From Eubacteriales bacterium (GTDB lineage: Bacteria; Bacillota; Clostridia; Oscillospirales; CAG-272), in the NCBI GenBank assembly GCA_045586845.1, contig JAZNBB010000011.1, forward strand, positions 8,023 to 72,022: 64,000 nt of DNA. The letters run 5' to 3'. This document shows positions 59,181 to 64,000 of the stretch, in pieces. A program made the translations under genes and the position numbers. How positions within the stretch are numbered: position 1 is the stretch's first letter; each line of letters starts with the position of its first letter. Below the pieces are notes generated by a model. The model searched no databases. It worked only from the letters and a program-made list of their open reading frames with translations, and was not told where the DNA came from.

Positions 59181-60254
59181 ATGAAAATCAAAATGAATAG
59201 AATCGCAAGCGTTCTGGCGGTCGCTTTCACCCTGATCATGCTGCCGGGAGCATTCGGCGTGGACCTGCCCGTGATGAGTGCCGCTGCTGCATCCGCAGCT
59301 ACTCCGGCAGACGTGCGCCTGTTGCCGGGCGGTATGCCGTTTGGCGTCAAGTTCTCGACCGAGGGTGTGCTGGTGGTCGGCTTTTGCGACGTGGACGCTG
59401 AGGGCGGCAGTATCAACCCCGCCTATGCCGCAGGACTGCGCACGCGCGACGTGATCACATCGGTCAACGGCAAACAAATTGCCGATGCGGCACAATTTGG
59501 CAGTATGGTCGCAAATGCGGGAGCAACACCGCTGTCTTTGACCTACAAGCGCGCCGGGCAGTCACATTCCGCCACACTGATCCCTGCCAAGTCGATCTCG
59601 GAAAATCGCTACAAGACCGGGCTTTGGGTCAGAGACAGCGGCGCGGGCATTGGCACAGTCACCTTTATTGAACCTACCACGGGCGCGTTCGGAGGTCTTG
59701 GGCATGGCATTTGCGACAGCGAAAGTGGCGCCTTGGTCGGCATGACGCGCGGCGTGGTCAACGACGTGACTATCAGCGGCGTGCAAAAGGGCGTTTCGGG
59801 CAAGCCGGGTGAGCTCAAGGGCTATTTCGGCACCGCCAAAACAGGCACGCTGCTTGCCAACACCGATTGCGGGGTGTTCGGCGTATTTTCCCAAAAGCCC
59901 GTGACCAAACAAAGTGCCCTGCCCATCGCGCACCACGGAGAGGTCAAGGAGGGCGAGGCGCATATCCTGTGCACGCTGGATGATGCGGGGCCATGCAAGT
60001 ATTCCATCCGTATCTCGGATATCGATAAGAGCGCCACCGGCTCCAAGTGCTTTACGGTCAAGGTGACCGACTCTGCACTGATCTCCAAAACAGGAGGTAT
60101 CGTGCAAGGCATGAGCGGCTCTCCCATTATTCAAAACGGTAAGCTCGTCGGCGCTGTCACCCACGTGCTGATCAATGACCCGACAACAGGTTACGGTATC
60201 TTTATCGAAAATATGCTCAATGCGGCAACGGCACCGCTCAAAAACGCGGCGTAA
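59181..60254 (+). CDS. spoIVB: SpoIVB peptidase (S55)
   Basis: PDZ domain, 'GLWVRDSGAGIGT.TF', 'GLGHGI', 'TGGIVQGMSGSPIIQNGK'; upstream GCATG-N17-CATGATA SigG-like promoter. Confidence 0.95.
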   Translation: MKIKMNRIASVLAVAFTLIMLPGAFGVDLPVMSAAAASAATPADVRLLPGGMPFGVKFSTEGVLVVGFCDVDAEGGSINPAYAAGLRTRDVITSVNGKQIADAAQFGSMVANAGATPLSLTYKRAGQSHSATLIPAKSISENRYKTGLWVRDSGAGIGTVTFIEPTTGAFGGLGHGICDSESGALVGMTRGVVNDVTISGVQKGVSGKPGELKGYFGTAKTGTLLANTDCGVFGVFSQKPVTKQSALPIAHHGEVKEGEAHILCTLDDAGPCKYSIRISDIDKSATGSKCFTVKVTDSALISKTGGIVQGMSGSPIIQNGKLVGAVTHVLINDPTTGYGIFIENMLNAATAPLKNAA

Positions 60255-60310
60255 ATGTATAACAGGCAACACCTGCTTGGGTGTTGCCTGTAGCTTTACA
60301 ATATTGCTTT

Positions 60311-61588
60311 TTATTCGTACTTAATGGTAATTCTCTCCATAATCAGCTTTTCGATCTTGCCGAATAGCGCGCTCTCCTTAATGGCTTGCTCTCCCATGTT
60401 TTCGCGGATATACTCGGCGGTGTAGTTGTACTGCTTATAGTACTCTACCAAATAGTCCAGTTCTGCCTTGAATTCCTCATCGGAAATCTGCTCAATACCC
60501 TCTGCTTCGGCAATGGCGTGGATCAGAATACTCTGCTGCACCGTTTTTTGGCAATTCTCGGTCAGAGCCTTCTTCCAGTCAGCACCTTTTTCAAGACCCA
60601 TATAGTCTACAGCAAACTCATCAAGCGAAGAATAGCCATACAAGGTCTTATAATACGCATAGTAGGAGTTGAACTCCTCCAGGTACATATTGTAATAATA
60701 CTCTACCTCACCCTCGGGATAAGAGGTAAAGGTCAGCTTTTCCATCAGCTGTTCCATCGCCATGCCGTAGGCAGCCTGCTCGGCAGCCTCCAGCGCGGAT
60801 TCTTCCATACTCTTTTTGAGGTAAACCTTATATGCGTCGACCAATGAACCTTCATAGTCCGCCACATCGTTCTCGGGCACGAATTTTAGCGTTTCAGTCA
60901 CAAACGCATCAGTCAGTTCAGGAACATCATATTGCACCACGTATTCGACCACCACGTAAAAGATCGCATCCTTGCCTGCAAGATCTTCATGGTAGTTCTC
61001 GGGGAAGGTCACGTGCACGGCATGGGGATTTTCCTTACTGGTTTCGGAGGGGACAACACCGATCAGCCCATCCTCAAAGCCGGGAATAAAGCTGCCCGAG
61101 CCGATACCCAAGCCGTAGGGTGTTTTGTCGCTCATGTTCGAGCCACCCTCAAATTCCTTTCCGTCCACCTCGCCACGATAGTAGATGTATGCCTTGTCGC
61201 CGTAGCGGATTGGCTGATCCTTGACCTGCTCGGTGCCGTTGGTAGCGGTTGCGTACTTATACAGCATACTCTTGAGCTGCTGCTCGATGATCTCATCGGT
61301 CACCAGGTAATCCTTACCCACATTGATCTCAAAAGCTGCATACTGCCCTTTATCAAGTGTAACAAACGCACTCATGTCGTTTGCCATATAGTCGTAGCGC
61401 ACAACAGGCTCGGGAGTTGTGCCCGTGCTTCCCTCGGGAGCGGTGGTCTCGGGAGCGGTGGTTCCAAACACTTTGTCCAGTATATTGTCGATCTGTTCTC
61501 TGCCGCCGCCAAACTGACCGCAGGCACACAACAACAGGCACGCAGCCATACATCCGCACAAGAGCGCAATTCTGATATACTTGTTCAT
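60311..61588 (-). CDS. Trigger-factor-like FKBP peptidyl-prolyl isomerase lipoprotein
   Basis: Lipobox 'LLCAC'; FKBP 'GEVDGKEFEGG', 'IGSGSFIPGFEDGLIG', 'VTFPENY..LAGK'; trigger-factor-like helical C-terminus. Confidence 0.8.
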   Translation of the reverse strand: MNKYIRIALLCGCMAACLLLCACGQFGGGREQIDNILDKVFGTTAPETTAPEGSTGTTPEPVVRYDYMANDMSAFVTLDKGQYAAFEINVGKDYLVTDEIIEQQLKSMLYKYATATNGTEQVKDQPIRYGDKAYIYYRGEVDGKEFEGGSNMSDKTPYGLGIGSGSFIPGFEDGLIGVVPSETSKENPHAVHVTFPENYHEDLAGKDAIFYVVVEYVVQYDVPELTDAFVTETLKFVPENDVADYEGSLVDAYKVYLKKSMEESALEAAEQAAYGMAMEQLMEKLTFTSYPEGEVEYYYNMYLEEFNSYYAYYKTLYGYSSLDEFAVDYMGLEKGADWKKALTENCQKTVQQSILIHAIAEAEGIEQISDEEFKAELDYLVEYYKQYNYTAEYIRENMGEQAIKESALFGKIEKLIMERITIKYE

Positions 61589-61858
61589 GAATATTCTCAC
61601 TTTCATATATAATTCCCCAATATCATACACCACTGCGGCGAAAAAGTCAAGAGATATGCGAGAAAGTTCAAAAATCGATCACATCCCCCAACGCTTCGCT
61701 CAGCAAAGGTGAGGCACCCTGAGCTGAGTGCTCGGTCACAGAGTGACCGAGTTCAGTCAAAGTTTTACGGGCCATTCGGAGAAAGAGGTGTTCCTCTTGA
61801 CTCTCGATTGATTTTATGCTATACTAAACAGAGAAAATAAACGGGAGGTGACCGGGCT

Positions 61859-62605
61859 GTGTGCGATGCTTTGCGCATTTTGCGCTGCGACCAGATTGAT
61901 TCCACCAACGCGGAGGCACGACGTATTGCCGAGGCGAATGCGGGGGAAAATACACTTATCATCGCGCGCACGCAGACTGCCGGCCGCGGCCGCATGGGAC
62001 GCAGCTTCTACTCACCCGACGGCACAGGACTTTACGCTACGTTACTCTACTACCCCGACCGTCCGATCACCGAGCTTGGAGGCTTGACCTGCGCGGCTGC
62101 ACTTTCGAGTGCTGTGGCAATCGAGCAGCTTTGCAGCATTTTCCCGAGCATCAAATGGGTCAATGACCTTTACCTTGACGGCCGCAAGGTGTGCGGAATC
62201 CTATGCGAATCGTTCGGTACACCGCACGGTAGGGCAATTGCCGTCGGTATTGGCATCAATCTGACTACGCGGGATTTCCCCGCCGAGATCGAAAGCATTG
62301 CAGGCAGCTTGCAAGCCGCAGTCGAGCCCGAAACGCTTGCCCTACATATTTGCTCTCTCCTGATCCCTTATCTGCAAAGCGGCGACAACGCTCTTTGGCT
62401 GCAAGGCTACCGCGACCGCTTTTTGTTGATGGGTATGCGCGTGGAATGTATCACCCCACAAGGCAACTTCCCTGCCACCGTACAAGGTATTGACGACACG
62501 GGTGCTTTGCTTGTAACCACAGACGACGGCAGCGAGCATATATTGTATGCAGGGGAGGTCAGCCTCGACGCGACAGATCCTCTTTCCTCATTCAATAAAT
62601 CATGA
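61859..62605 (+). CDS. birA: Biotin--protein ligase (no N-terminal HTH)
   Basis: 'IDSTN', 'QTAGRGRMGR.F.SP', 'IKWVND', 'KVCGIL.E'. Confidence 0.93.
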   Translation: MCDALRILRCDQIDSTNAEARRIAEANAGENTLIIARTQTAGRGRMGRSFYSPDGTGLYATLLYYPDRPITELGGLTCAAALSSAVAIEQLCSIFPSIKWVNDLYLDGRKVCGILCESFGTPHGRAIAVGIGINLTTRDFPAEIESIAGSLQAAVEPETLALHICSLLIPYLQSGDNALWLQGYRDRFLLMGMRVECITPQGNFPATVQGIDDTGALLVTTDDGSEHILYAGEVSLDATDPLSSFNKS

Positions 62606-62620
62606 TTTTGGAGGTACATC

Positions 62621-63121
62621 ATGTTCAAAGAGATTTCTCCTTACGAGATAAGCGACAACGTATTCAAAGCCATTGACAAAGATTGGATGCTGATCACGGC
62701 TGCCAAGGACGGCACCGCCAATTCCATGACTGCATCCTGGGGCTGTCTTGGCATTCTCTGGAATAAGCCGATCGCGATCTGCTTTGTGCGTCCGCAACGC
62801 TATACGTACGAGTTCTGCGAAGCTTCGGACACGCTTTCACTGACCTTTTTTGATGAGTCTTGGCGCGACGCACTGAAACTCTGCGGCAGAAAAAGTGGCA
62901 GAGATATCAACAAATATTCAGCTACGGGGCTTTCCCCCGTCTTCGACGGCGAGACACCCTATCTCAAAGAGGCGCGCATGGTGCTCTTGTGCAAAAAGCT
63001 GTATGTCGACGATCTCAAAAAGCAAAATTTTCTTGACCCTGCGCTGCTCAAAAATTACCCCATTGACGATTTCCATCGCGTGTATATCTGCGAGATCACC
63101 AAGGTGTTGGTGAAAGAATAA
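62621..63121 (+). CDS. Flavin reductase family protein
   Basis: 'WMLITA', 'NSMTASWG', 'VRPQRYT', 'CG.KSGRD'. Confidence 0.9.
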   Translation: MFKEISPYEISDNVFKAIDKDWMLITAAKDGTANSMTASWGCLGILWNKPIAICFVRPQRYTYEFCEASDTLSLTFFDESWRDALKLCGRKSGRDINKYSATGLSPVFDGETPYLKEARMVLLCKKLYVDDLKKQNFLDPALLKNYPIDDFHRVYICEITKVLVKE

Positions 63122-63258
63122 TTTTTCGAACAACCAAACAAGCAAGCGGCTGGGGGCGACGCCCCCTGCAGACCGGGATATTTGCTGCCATAACCCAACG
63201 TCTTGGTATCCATTATAAACAAAAATGATCCCCCAAAAAAGCAAAGGAAAGATAAACC

Positions 63259-63789
63259 ATGAAACTACTCATTGCATCCGACCTGCACGGCAGTGCTGAT
63301 TGTTGCGCCACGCTGTGTGAAACCTTTGCCCAAAGCGGTGCTGACCGACTGATTCTGCTGGGCGACGTGCTGTATCACGGCCCGCGTAACGATCTGCCCG
63401 AGGGCTATGCACCCAAAAAGGTGATCCCAATGCTCAACGCCATTGCAGACAAGATCATCTGCGTGCGCGGCAACTGCGACGCCGAGGTGGACGGTATGGT
63501 GCTGGATTTTGACGTGCTGACAGACAGCCGCACCCTGCACGACGGTGACCTTTGCATATTCCTGCACCACGGGCATCACGACCTGCCCGACCTTGATGCA
63601 GGCACGGTGGTACTGTATGGGCACACGCACATCGTGGAGCACCACGAGGAAAGCGGACTGTATTTCTTCAATCCGGGATCGGTCACCATCCCCAAGGGAG
63701 GCAATCCCCCCACCTATATGCTGTATGAAAACCGCACCTTGACGGCTCTTGACTTTGATGGCAACGTCATTTTTGAAAAAAGTGTGTGA
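63259..63789 (+). CDS. YfcE-like metallophosphodiesterase
   Basis: 'SDLHG', 'GDVLYHGPRN', 'RGNCD', 'GHTH', 'NPGS'. Confidence 0.9.
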   Translation: MKLLIASDLHGSADCCATLCETFAQSGADRLILLGDVLYHGPRNDLPEGYAPKKVIPMLNAIADKIICVRGNCDAEVDGMVLDFDVLTDSRTLHDGDLCIFLHHGHHDLPDLDAGTVVLYGHTHIVEHHEESGLYFFNPGSVTIPKGGNPPTYMLYENRTLTALDFDGNVIFEKSV

Positions 63790-63903
63790 CAAGCAAAAAA
63801 TCTGCGGAAAACCTCTTGATTTTTCGCGGATTTTTTGATAAAATTTTTATATATTTTTAATACAGGATACGGCAAATACGCATCCCTTTCAAGGAGGATT
63901 TTT

Positions 63904-64000
63904 ATGAGCAACGTTCGTCCCGAATCCATGGTACGAATCACCACCCCCGAGCTGGCAAAAACTTTTATTGAAGAGCAGGTAGCCCGGGTTCGCGCACAGG
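63904..64000 (+). CDS. guaA: Probable GMP synthase ATP-pyrophosphatase subunit, 3'-truncated by window edge
   Basis: AAGGAGG SD; 'FIEEQVARVRAQ' matches the helix that precedes the SGGVDS motif; only 32 codons visible. Confidence 0.55.
   Translation, partial: MSNVRPESMVRITTPELAKTFIEEQVARVRAQ

Noticed and set aside
63790-63903. Purine riboswitch before guaA
   Set aside because: No purine aptamer core motifs seen; only a terminator-like hairpin and AT-rich sequence

Overview
64 kb of chromosome from an anaerobic, spore-forming Clostridia-like Firmicute (inferred from spoVAC, spoIVB, sigma-A-type promoters and strong SD sites). It is mostly housekeeping and metabolic: oppCDF, sdaA, hpf, MarR with a heterodimeric ABC exporter, mutY, aroB-aroA-aroC-ORF-aroEK-aroQ, proBAC, an agmatine deiminase operon, GH2/GH78 and two DUF4091 glycosidases, mnmE, cysS, birA and the start of guaA. 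I found no rRNA, tRNA, CRISPR-Cas, integrase or intact transposase. The most unusual signal is non-coding. Two arrays (31097-31193 on +, 51415-51507 on -) alternate a fixed 7-nt linker GTGATAT with sequence-variable but perfectly paired hairpins. Both lie in sense orientation just after a stop codon inside an operon, and a looser ~21-nt array overlaps the arcC stop. Other notable items are a mosaic of REP-like palindromes with a 25-bp direct repeat and a nuclease-like remnant (33.76-34.51 kb), a leader-peptide/terminator in front of a REP-punctuated methyltransferase-kinase-GNAT run, a frameshifted barnase remnant before an intact barstar, and an ene-reductase plus two-subunit aconitase X module downstream of mnmE. 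All family calls come from motif recognition by eye; no searches were run.
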